A DNA stretch of 64,000 bases from contig CM022673.1 in the NCBI GenBank assembly GCA_012295275.1, forward strand, positions 124,001-188,000. Direction: 5' to 3'. A program made the position numbers and the translations under genes. Of this stretch, positions 52,506 to 64,000 are shown piece after piece. A model generated the notes under the pieces. It ran no database searches. It was not told the DNA's origin and was given only the letters and a program-made list of their open reading frames with translations. Source of the DNA: Chrysomallon squamiferum. Its lineage: Eukaryota; Animalia; Mollusca. Positions within the stretch are counted from its first letter, which is position 1. Each line of letters starts with the position of its first letter.

Positions 52506-55500
52506 GTATAAAAGAAAACAAGAAACAAAAAAAAATGTTTTCTGAAAAAAAAAGAATTGGTATAAAACAAAATACAGAAATTATTTTACATATTGCAACA
52601 TGAAGTACTCACTGTTTGTTGCTTCTGTTGTTTCACTGATGCTGCTTGCACCATCTGTTTCATCCTTCTTCATTTCTTCTTCTTCATCACTTGTCTGTCT
52701 GAAAATTAACAACATACACTGAAAAACAGAATATGTCAGGTTTAAATACTAACTGGATAACTTAACTTATTTATATACACTGAAGAGATTTGATGTTTCT
52801 TTTATTTTAAAAATTGCTTATTAAACTAATTTTTAAATTTTTAAATTTTATTATTTATTATATTTTTTTTCTAGTTTTTTTATGACAATATTGTTATTAT
52901 TATTATTATTATTTTTTTTTTCTAATTTATTATTATTATTTTTTTTTTTTAATCTGTAGGTATTTCTAATCAACCCTATAAAGTTTGGTTCAGTAATCAA
53001 ATATTACAAGAGAGATGAAGGCAGAAACTTCTGAAGCAGTTCACCCAGGTTAATAGAGTCTTCCTTCTTCCTTGAACTGGTATTCCTCACCTGTGGTATA
53101 AATCAAGAACACACAATATACCACTGTATATCATAATCACCTGTGCCATATAACTTTTATTTATTAAAAGTCTTAAGAAGAAGAAGCAGAAGAATACAAA
53201 AATATTTATTAATAAATGATCTGTTCATTACCATCTTACATATAAATAAAATTAATTATAAATATATCAAAAAGTAAAATATAATAATAATAATAATAAT
53301 ACAGAAAATAATTAAAAATTCATAGCTTTTTCATCAGTTTAGCATATTTGCATGTGAGATACATTATACAGATATCTGTCATCAATTAAAAAATTATAAA
53401 AAACAACAAATTCTGTTACTGTTCTCGTAATTATTACTGAAATAATAATAATAATAATAATAAATAAATAAATAAATAAAATAATGATATGCATATTGGA
53501 TGTCAAAAAGAAAATTATTATTTCATTTATAATACAGTAATTAAATTCAGCTTTATAAGTAACAATCACTAGATGTTAAATATACCCGAGTATAATTTAT
53601 AACATATAAACACTGATCATTAAAATATACCAGAGTATAATTTATAACATATAAACACTGATCATTAAAATATACCAGAGTATAATTTATAACATATAAA
53701 CACTGATCATTAAAATACCCGAGCTGATCTTCTCTTCATGCCCAACTCATCCCATGGAATTCTTTCTCTTTTACGTTTCTGGCCTCTTCTGTTTCTGGCA
53801 TCCATTTGATGAGAGTGACTTTGACGAGCTATAATATATATTTTAATTTAAACCTTTAAAAATAATGAATACTGTTGTTTTAATGATTTTAATTACTCTA
53901 CTCTCTACTACTTTTTATTCATTTCTTAACACATCCATAATAATATATAACAACAATCTGAAATCGGAGATTTAAAATTGCTGTGAATCAAATATAGTAA
54001 TTATAAATTAAAAAGTTAATTTTTTACTTCCAGTTTAAAACAAGAGATTTCAAAAAACATTAATTTAAAAAAAAAAAATTATAATTGTATAAAAAGATGT
54101 AATAATTTGTTGTTTTATAATAGAAAACAAATTCTTTAAATTAGGGATAAAAAACAACAGTGGTTACAAACAGATAAATAATAAGTACAAACCTGAAATG
54201 GGAGAATGGTATGAGTGCACACCAACAGAAGGAAGAATTGTATCATTGGCCATCATTGACACCAACAGACTCTGTGAGGCGACAATTTGGGGTGAATGCA
54301 GGTGACTTTGTGAGGGCAGAAAGCTGCTGCTGCTGCTGTTGCAGGACATTGTGGTAGGTGTCTTTGGGACAACAGGCATCTGAGCTAGAGCTATGAGAGC
54401 TTGTGCTGCAGCTTGCTGAGACATTGTCTGAGCACTATTCTGCTCCAAACCCAGATACCGTCCATGAGATGGAGAAACATTCATCGGAGATATTGAAAGA
54501 TCAGTTTTGTTGGTCTGGTTTAGATTTGTTGCTGTGCTGTTCAAAGATAATGGCAAAGTAGCAGATGAAGTGTTGTCTAGAGTCAATGGCAATGCCAGAG
54601 GCATTGAGGTATCCAAGTTCAGAGGCAGGACCAGTGATGTGGTCAGAGGGGTGCTGCTAGAAACTGGTTTTGCTCCCTGATTTGAATGAGAAAAGTTTAA
54701 GAATGGATTGGATGTAAAAGGTAGTATTGTGGTTTGCTGAGGGACACTGAATGATCTGCTGTGTGTTGGATGTGAGATTAACTGTGCATGATAAAGTTGT
54801 GGACATGAGCTGCTGAGATGTTCTGATGCTGGTCTCTTTTCTGGTGTGGCTGAATGCTCTGAACTGACACTGTGTCCTGGAGAATGATGAGAATGAGCAG
54901 TATGGGATGATGACAAAGATGATGATGGTTCTGGGTGATGCTGACTATGAGCTTTAGGAGGATTTGTAATGTTTTGAATTAAGGAACTTGAGCTCACTGA
55001 CCTAAATGGCTGAGGGACAGTTTTTGTCTGATTACTTTGCATATTTTGTAAATCTCTTTCATCAGCCTCTGTCAAAGCTTTAGTAAGTAAAGGAAGATGT
55101 TTCTCCTGATCTCTTATAGGTGAAGTCAGTACTTCCAACATTTCTGTATCTGCCAGAGAAGGCATAACACTATTTGTTGGAACATCAGGTAGAGTTTTAG
55201 TAGGAGACATTGAACTCAATGCTAAGGTAGTTATGGAACTAACTGGATTATTTAAAGGTTCAACAGAATTCTGAGTGACAATTTCATTAACTTCTGAAGT
55301 AGTCCTACTCAGATTGAGAATTCCTTCTATACACAGAGCTATGACATCCTCGGTTGTGGATAAGTCACTTACATCAGCTGGTTCTGATTTTACTTGTGAC
55401 TCTTTAGGAAGTGCAATAGAAACAGCTGAACTATTTCCAGGATAGTTTGAGGTATTGAAAACTGATCCTGAAGGAACTAGATCAAGAATTGGTGAACTCT

Positions 55501-57909
55501 GCTTTGCGTCATCTGGAAGGTTGTCATCCATGCTACTCCCAGTCTGTCCTGCAACATCTGAAGGAACTTGACTGATACTAGATCCAATCCCTACTGAAAC
55601 ACTGTCCATGCTAGATCTGATCTGTCCTGTAATATCTGAGGGGATCTGATCCAGGCTTGATCCAGCCTGCTTAGTAACATCTGAAAGAAGCTGATCAATG
55701 TCAGATTTGGTCGGTCTGGTAACATCCAAAGGAACCTGATCTAAGTTAGATCCAGTCTGTCCTGTAACATCTGGAGGAACCTGATCCATTCTTGATACAA
55801 TCTGTCCTATAACATCTGAAGAAACCTGATCGATGCTTGGTCCTGTAACATTTGGAGGAAGTTGTTCCAGACTTGACTTAGTCTGTTCTGTGATATTTTC
55901 AGGTGTTTGGTGAGTAGCAGGTTTTTCAGGGGTTTTAGGATCTGACTTGTCAGAAGAAGACAAATAAAGTTTACCTTCATCTTTAAGTATATCTGATAGA
56001 ACAACAGAATCACTCTGAGTGACAGTTTTAGTCTCAGTTACTATGGCAACCGATTCTGAAACATCCATGGGAGTTTCTTCTTGCTTATCTTTTTTCTCAG
56101 CCTTTCCTTTTGACAGTATGGGAGAAAGTTTTGAACTTCCATCAGGGCTCTTTATGTCATCATATTCTGACAAATCAACATGTCGGCACAAGCTCTGTGG
56201 TATTAAAAATTTTAAATAATAGAATGTAATCCTTTATGTTAATAATATTAAACTAAAAGGTCATGCATAAAAATCTTTGTAGCAATTTATTTATAATGGT
56301 TCCATCTGTTTTCAATTAAAAGCTGTTTTATATAAATAATTACATATCTCTGAAAAATTATTAAGCTATGCATTTTTTCACATTTAAAATTTTGAATCAC
56401 TTTTATCAAATATTTCTGCTATATCTGCTAAAACATGTAATATCTGCTGAATGGTAAACAGTTTGTGTTTCAATCTAACACATTCTGTATTGCCAACCAG
56501 TACAGCTGAAAAAGCACTGACTATTAATTTGTTTTTGACCGTTCCAAACCATAATGAAAATATTGCTTCTTCAGATTAAGGTAATTTAGGATGGCTTTTT
56601 TAAATAAATATCAACTTACAATTCTAGGTTCTGATGAGGTAGCTTTATCATAAAGAGCAAGAAGACAGTCCCCGACACATTTCCACCTACAACACAATAA
56701 ATCAACAAAAAAGTAATCTTACAAGTATCTGTAATGACTGTTACACTGGTCATGTATTTGAGTTCCTCTTTACCTATTAAATCTATTAAATTATATGAAA
56801 ACTTCTGATGTGTATCACCTTCACACTGATCCAGCTTAATTATGTAATTCCCCACTTGAACAGTGAAAAGGTTAAATAATACTTTCACGTATCTGTGGAA
56901 TTAATAAATATGGAAAAATAAAGATATATAAGCAGTTTAAAACATTTGTTTGATAATTATATTCCAGGTGTCTTCTGAAATGGTAGGTAAAACATATGCA
57001 TAACAAAAATAATCCAAAATAGGTTAGAAATTTATAATTTAATTAGAAATGAGTTTGAATTAATTTTCAAAAAGCTCACATATATTTGTAGTTTGAAAAC
57101 TCTGAGGTAAAAAAAACACTAATCATGTGCCATGCAGGTACAGTTCAGAATTATCTAAGAGGAAAATTTAAAAACTGAATTAACAGAACAAAAAATAAAA
57201 CTTGCGTGTATTCTGTGATTGGCAAGGGAAGAGTTATAACTGGCGGAGGAGGAGACTTTGCCAGTTCACGACGTTTTTCTCTTATTGCTAAAGCTTCATC
57301 AACAAACTGAAAAGAAAATGTGTAAAACAGTATCTTTTATACATATATAAATTTAGTATATATAACCTTAATACAGAGTTAAATCATTATATAAAAGGAT
57401 TCACCAAAAAATAATTAAAATTAAAAGAAAATTAAAAAATCAACCACACAAACAAATGGTTATTAGTATTAATATTCATGATAAGTGTAATTTTATTTAA
57501 ATGGAATCAAAGGGATGATGAGATACAATTTTAAATTTTCCAAAATATTTTACCTTCTCTGAATGATGTATTTAATAGAAGTTTAGATCCTATGAATATA
57601 AACTACATATTTAACAGCACAATGTTGACATATTTTACAAAAAAAAAAAATGTTATTAACAGAATAAAATAATAAAATAATAAAATAGTAATTCAATATT
57701 AAAAAATTAAAAATCTAACCTGTTGGGCAATGTCTTTTTCCAGTGTTATAGTGTGTATAGATGGATCACTACAAAAATAAATCAATAAAAAAAAAATAGT
57801 TAGGAACAAAAAACAAAAAACAAAACAACAAAAAAACACTTGAAAACTTTGAATATATATATAGTAAATTCCAGTATTACAAATGATGTTTTATTTGTGT
57901 GTGTGTGTT

Positions 57910-57975
<66 letters not shown>

Positions 57976-58569
57976 AATAAAAATGTTTTTAGCTGTAACA
58001 ATTAAACAATTAAATCCATAAAATTTGAAAGTTAATGTAATAATAGATAAAATGATATATATTTCACTAAATAAGCTATCTTACCAAAATATAAACATTT
58101 CTTTTGAATCTTGTCGAAGACTAGGCTGCTCTCTGAACATTTCATCTCGCAAGGCAATTCCCTTTTCATAGCCGCAGTCTTTCTCCAGAGCTTGGGAAAT
58201 GTAATACAAACAACCTGCAATAGATTTAGACCAGTCTGAAGCAAATGAAAATGGGTATAGAAAGGAGATCTTTTAAAACTAAGAATTTAACACTGATATT
58301 TTATTTATTTATTGTTTTCAATAAGAATTCCAAGCTTAATACTGAAACATACAACAGATATAGCCTGCTATTTCTTCTTAAAAGTTTTTTTTTTTCTTTT
58401 TATTACCTTTATTTTCTTTAAAAAATGTTGAAAAATATTTTAATAACAGACAATAAGATTGAGAAAAATTATATTTCTGAACAAAGGATAAATAATTAAT
58501 TTAAAAAACAAAAATTAAAATAAATAAATTACACATAAATAAGCAAATACATTAATTAATAAATTAAAA

Positions 58570-58616
<47 letters not shown>

Positions 58617-61600
58617 AATGTACAGTTACCCCAGTAATCATTTAAAGCATAAGCCACAGTGATTAGTTTGTCCAAACATGGCCAGTGATTTGGATTACAC
58701 TTCAAACCCTGCAACATAAAACATACTTTGAAATGACTAACATTTGTTTAAATGATTTTTTTTTTTTTTTTTTTTTTTAAATTTGTGGTTGTTGTTTGGG
58801 GGTGGGTTGGTGAAGAAAAAACAGAGATGGAAAATATTAATGAAACAATTTAAATCATTAAACAGTTCTGCTTCATAAAGTTTATAATTTACAAATTTGG
58901 AACTGTGGTTAATTCAATTTAAAATCAAATCTTATAACATTTTAATAACTTATTCTAAAATGACTGAAATTACACAATGAAAATAGGAAAAAAAAAAAAA
59001 AAAAATGCAGATGATGAAATTTAATCAAGTACAATTAGAAACCAAAACATAGAGTTATTCAATGACTTTAATATTATGTTTGTACATTTTGTTCATCATT
59101 ATTATTATTATTATTATTATTTTGTATCTTATTTTATTTAATTTTTTTTATAATTGTTTATTATTTTTATTATTATTATTATTTTATATAATTTTTAAAA
59201 AAATGTTCAACCTGTAGATATTTCTAATCAACCATATAAAAGTTTATTCAGTTATCAAATACATTTTAACTGCAGAAAAATAAATGTCATTAAATCACAA
59301 CAACATGTATGTTTAAATAATATATTTTCATACATCTGACAAAACAGAATAATGAAGACAGTCTAGTGAGTTAACATATCAGTGTGAATATTTGCTTTTT
59401 AAAGTGCTACACTCCATAAAATCTAATAAAGATTATTCCAAGCTGACTGGTTTTCATTATGAATATTCACTATTTCACTGTCATTTTCATTAAAGTCCTG
59501 TATCAAATTAAGATAACTGTGAATACATTTATGCTTTTTAAACAAATAATTAAAAAAATACTAACCTCTTCAAAAGCCAGCTTTGAGAGTGGATAATTGT
59601 GTATGTTCTGACTGAGTGTTCCAATTTTAAACCAGACAGACACTTCACTGTGGTCTATCTTCACTGCCTAATAACAAATAATTTTTTTTAAAGTAATAAT
59701 AGAAACAATAATTTAATAAATCAAAACAGAGCAGCAGTGTATATATGTATTTACTTTTATCAAGAATAATACAGTTTAATTTTTCTAATTTTCATTTTGA
59801 TAAAACAAATATGTTCTACACAGAAAATAATTTTAGAACAGAAAAAAAATAATAATTCCTTAAAATTTATATAAAATAATCACATTATAGAGATTTTGAA
59901 GCATTTTACTAAATATTTAATAATTATACCAGGGTTTGTTGTAATGGTGTACACATATTACTGTACTTATTATATTAATGACATATTAATGAATTTGTTT
60001 ATTTATAATACTTCTATAATACATAAAAGATGTTGTTTGTTACCTCCAGATATGATCTGAGTGCCGATTCTGTGTCGTCTTTCTGAATTGCAATGGCAGC
60101 CATGTTTTTGTGTATAGAATACAGAAGGTTAAGTCCTGGGTGGACTGCACTGTCATCTTCAACCATTTGTGCAGCCTATCAGAAAAAAATAAAATTAAAT
60201 TATGGAAAATAATATCAACCCATAAGATATATACAATTATTCACATATCTAAAAATCTATTAAACAATGACTGAAAAAGAGCAACATATTACAGTTAATG
60301 CTAAAGGCAATTGACATGTATGATAAGGTGCAAGTAGTAAGAACTACTGGAAAATTCAGTAAACTGTAAAGGCAGTTGGCATGTATGATCATATGCATGT
60401 GGTAAATATATTTTTTAAAGTTAAAGTTCAAACTCACATCTTGAAGGAATGGATGTTTCACTAGAGACTTGAATGCCTGATCAGCCCCCTCCACATCTCC
60501 AGATCTCTGCAAACCCAGAGCCTTGTTGTAAAAGGCAAAAGCCTCAGATTCCTGATTATGAAATCAATTAAAAAGTTAAAAAGAAGAAAAAAACACCATG
60601 AATGAAGTTATTTTATTATATGCACTTGTATAATTATAAAAGAATACAATGAATATTTCACCATGAAAACAAAATTATGTTACTTATAAAATCATCTTCA
60701 TACAATTATGTATGTGTATTAAGAGTGCTAAATATATCAGGTATAAAGTAAAAATAAATAAAAATTCCACTGCATTTAACATTATGATTTTTTTTTTAAA
60801 CATTTTTAAAATCCAAATCTAAAATAGTAATGTTTATATACCAAAATAGTATTTTAAAAATTAATAACATTTTTCACTGCATCTATATCTATTATAATTT
60901 TAACTCTGATTTTATTAAATTATATTTTATTTTATTCTTGATGAACAGATTATTAATAATATTACTGCCACCAATATATTTTCAAACTTGCAAATGCATG
61001 AACATTATAAGTATTCCTTATTCATTATAAGGAAGGTGATATTATTATATGTATTAAACTCAGTTTTGTTCTACCTAAAAAAACGTATTTCTTTGCATAC
61101 ATTATATTCAATATAACCATGTTTGGTTTGGTGATGGGTTTTCTTTTGGTGGGGGTGTTTATAAATTCTGGTACAGTTAGTAAATAAATCATAACAGCCA
61201 TTATCTTTGAAAATACAAGGTTACCACCTTAGCTTCTTTGGTTGTTGCAACACCATCAACATCAGCATTGCTGTCATCTGTGCTGTCATTATAGTTTAAA
61301 GCGGCAATCCGGAACTGAAAATGTTTTTATACAAATCAATTTTTTTTTAATTATCTGGAAGTATCTTAACATTTACATTCAAATTATGTTTGTGAAAAAT
61401 AAAGTACTTTCCTCTTGAAAATAATTCATATAAAGTAATTCATTAAATCTGTAATATAAACAATGAAATTCGTAAAATCATAAATATTAGCTTTCAAATG
61501 GTTAACATTTTCAAAGGAAATACCAGATAATATTAGCATAAAATGTAAATGATAAACAGAACCACAATTAATTATTAATATTATTTTACTGGTTATCACT

Positions 61601-61964
61601 GTTAGTGGTTGTGGTTTTACTCAAGATTATAACGACACTTTCAGACAGAAAAATAATTACAGTTTACAGCAAGAATGGGCTATAGTTCAAAAACTATGCA
61701 ACTAATTAAGATATTACATACTATGTGCACTGTGTATATTCAGGAAATGACAGCTCAATACCAAGGCTGAAAGGTTCAGTATTTAGCTGTACCATACAAA
61801 TTATGTGTTAAACAAAATGATTAACATTTTCTTTCTAAGTTAATGTAACAGCATTTCCTTTCTTTCTTTTATGATGAATATCATCATTACATTATTACTG
61901 CAAGTATACATGTGGGGTATGTAAGAAGGTTTATAAATTATAATCATATGTTGGATAATTTTAC

Positions 61965-62014
<50 letters not shown>

Positions 62015-62307
62015 ACTGAATGCTAGTGTACTAGTAGTATTAATATATTATAATCATTTCTACCACACACACATATACACATATACATACAGACATATAT
62101 ATATTATTTTATTTTTTGATTTTACTTTTTTAAATTAAGTTGATGGGAACGATGGGAACGATGGGAACGATAGGAACTCTGTCCCAAGAAATGAAAAGAT
62201 AATACAATGATGAATGAATGATTAAATGAACATTCAACATTCCAATAGGCATAGGATAGGACTCTAATGTTAAAGTTCCTCAAAATGTTGCACTTAATAC
62301 CTACCAT
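34566..62307 (-). CDS. CABIN1: Calcineurin-binding protein cabin-1 (TPR subunit of the HIRA/UBN1/CABIN1 H3.3 chaperone), ~42 coding exons
   Basis: The ATG sits alone at 62307-62305. Downstream exons read FRIAALN..TKEAK|[184 protein letters not shown] and KKFLRDAER, collinear with recalled human CABIN1. Large exons are 56194-54193, 40307-39017 and 35483-34566. Confidence 0.95.
34790..35340 (-). repeat. Coding tandem repeat (~32-34 aa, 4-5 copies) in the last exon of CABIN1
   Basis: Consensus LFQSPK(T/I/A)GSQSD(V/F/I)STxxxxSPK(I/S/G)(V/F)LTDDDKxDx, visible in ORF 34566-35588. Confidence 0.9.
36200..36770. repeat. Degenerate AT-rich tandem repeat (~100-120 bp, ~5 copies) in a CABIN1 intron
   Basis: Recurrent ttatttaaaataa..atttgatctta(t/c)aataat..tttgatat..agtagtactaatgt blocks. 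Confidence 0.7.
42205..42265. repeat. (TAA)n microsatellite
   Basis: Directly visible. Confidence 0.95.
45459..46050. repeat. Minisatellite, ~25-bp unit ATTAAAAGAAATGTACTGTTGCTTAT, about 20 or more degenerate copies
   Basis: ttaaaagaaat recurs every ~23-27 bp and fills most of the intron next to the CABIN1 acceptor at 45456-45455. Confidence 0.9.
46331..46364. repeat. (TA)n microsatellite
   Basis: Directly visible. Confidence 0.95.
52245..52387. repeat. Degenerate GATA/GACA/GGTA tetranucleotide repeat
   Basis: Directly visible. Confidence 0.85.
53577..53723. repeat. 45-bp tandem repeat (3 copies plus a partial) ending at a CABIN1 5' splice site
   Basis: Unit TAAAATATACCAGAGTATAATTTATAACATATAAACACTGATCAT is nearly identical between copies; the partial last copy runs into the exon end at 53719. 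Confidence 0.95.
55465..55892 (-). repeat. Coding tandem repeat (15 aa / 45 bp, ~9 copies) in the giant CABIN1 exon
   Basis: Consensus SS(L/M/I)DQVPSDVTGQTG, seen in ORF 54164-56191. Confidence 0.9.
57895..57971. repeat. (TG)n microsatellite
   Basis: Directly visible. Confidence 0.95.
58567..58617. repeat. (TAAA)n microsatellite
   Basis: Directly visible. Confidence 0.95.
62142..62178. repeat. 9-bp tandem repeat GATGGGAAC x4 in CABIN1 intron 1
   Basis: gatgggaac gatgggaac gatgggaac gataggaac. Confidence 0.9.
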
Positions 62308-64000
62308 GTTGTAAGTCTATTTAAATCATGTCAGTAGACATATCTCCATAATTTATTTAATATAGTGGTCATAATGCGAAAACATTACGGACCAAAAAGT
62401 CAACAAATCGTTTCATGAATGGCTAGACCGGTTCCTGATTGAAATACCCCAAAAGACAGAATTAAGGATAGTTACCTCCCTTGAGATCACTGTTGGTAAA
62501 GAGTTAAAACTGTATCTTCTAGTTAAACATCAATTAAACTTTGATTAAATAAGCATAGGTTTAAGCATTCATTATGAAATTACATAGTAATATTACATGT
62601 GTTATATGTATTTGTCAAATCACTATTCCACACAATAAACTTAAACTAATGCTAAAAAAGTAATACTAATATTATAGTAGTAATACTCAGTATTATAGTA
62701 GTAATACTCAGTATTATGAGTATAATGAATCAGTGAATGTACTTCTCTCGAGTTTATTTCTTTAAACATTTCATGTTTACAAATAATGTAAACTGATCGT
62801 ATATATTTCTAATATGTTTATATGACAGACTATTTTATTTCTTTTTCTAAAACTGGTTCTCCAATTCAGGTAAAAGAAAAAACGAATCAGCAGAGCAATA
62901 ATATTGACATTTTCATTTTAACACGTGTTTGTTCTATTTTTAATGAATGGCCTTAGAAATTCAACCAATCAGATGAATCTCGTGTGAATCGAATGATATA
63001 GTCAGTGAAGAGTTATTACGAGAACTGGTATGGTGTTATAATTTTTACCTTTTTGTCATTAATATTTATTAATTATAATTATTATTAACTTTAATTATTA
63101 TTATATATTTTTCAACTCATCATGTGATAAGTGACAGATAATTATTTTCTGTGACTTTGGGAAACAGATTCAAAAACAAATGCTGTACAGTGTACGTTGT
63201 GACATTGAAATTTGAATGGTTGATATTTCACTTTATTTGATATTCAATCATACTCATATTGCTGTTAATAGTGTTATCATTAATGGGATACTTTAGATAT
63301 TCACATAGAAATGAGTTTAATGTTTAATGTTTAATCATGATTCATGTAATTATGTCAATCGCTTTGTGGTGATTGTAATATAAATAATGTAGAATTCATT
63401 AATTGTATTTATTATTTTAGAGTTTAAAAATAGTATTTCAATTTTCATTTATTATTATTAAAGTCTATACTATAATAAGATTAACAAAAGTAATGTGATT
63501 GTCTTTCTTTGGTAAGGTGCATATAAAATATCCCTTGCCTGTAGATTTTTTTGTTTTATCATTATGGAAAAAACAAAATATACTTAACATCTAATAACAT
63601 ACAGTGTAATGTTTCATGGTGTCTTTAAATAAAGACTTTATTGGTCATAATATTAAAAACCAAGGGATTGTTCTTGTGTGATAAAGTAATACAGATATTT
63701 TTTGTTTTTTGTTTTTCAATAAAATGTTTTATTCTTATATTCCCCTTTTCTCTGGAATCTTTTCATAAAAACATTAAGGATGATACATAATTGAGTTTTC
63801 TGGCTTAATCTGAAACCAGGTTTTTGTATTTTTTAGAAATGTTAATTATTTGGTGATGTGTTTTTCAAAAATGATTGAACAAGTATGCATGTGATAATGA
63901 CAATTTCCTTTTGGTTCAGTACATACATACCTTTCAGTTTATTAATCTTCCTGTAAATAAAGCATCATTATGATTATCTACCTGCTGGTGCCATTTTGTA

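Noticed and set aside
53577-53723. CRISPR-like regular repeats
   Set aside because: The units are contiguous with no unique spacers, in a eukaryotic intron; this is a VNTR.
61971-62013. Long poly(A) runs (also 52465-52502) as possible retrocopy tails
   Set aside because: No upstream processed-gene or SINE body and no target-site duplication recognised; homopolymers are common throughout the window.

Overview
This is very AT-rich, intron-dense animal genomic DNA; the protein sequences suggest an invertebrate, probably a lophotrochozoan such as a mollusc (inference). Six spliced protein-coding genes were reconstructed by hand from GT/GC-AG junctions and reading-frame phase, in strictly alternating orientation: the 3' end of NCKAP1/Hem (+), RSPH14 (-), a divergent 13-exon gene matching the meiotic crossover factor PRR19 in four separated motifs (+), SCNM1 (-), CNOT4 (+) and a ~42-exon CABIN1 (-). 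RSPH14/PRR19-like and SCNM1/CNOT4 are head-to-head pairs. Most short ORFs in the supplied track are intronic or microsatellite noise. No prokaryotic system, CRISPR array, tRNA, rRNA or intact transposon is seen. The main leads are the invertebrate PRR19-like gene beside an RFX X-box, a tandem array of PxIxIT-like/SP-K motifs and a conserved DHxY motif in CABIN1, a near-perfect 70-bp intronic hairpin, tandem repeats that copy splice sites, two GC-AG introns and a candidate poison microexon in CNOT4. All homology calls come from recalled sequences, not from database searches.
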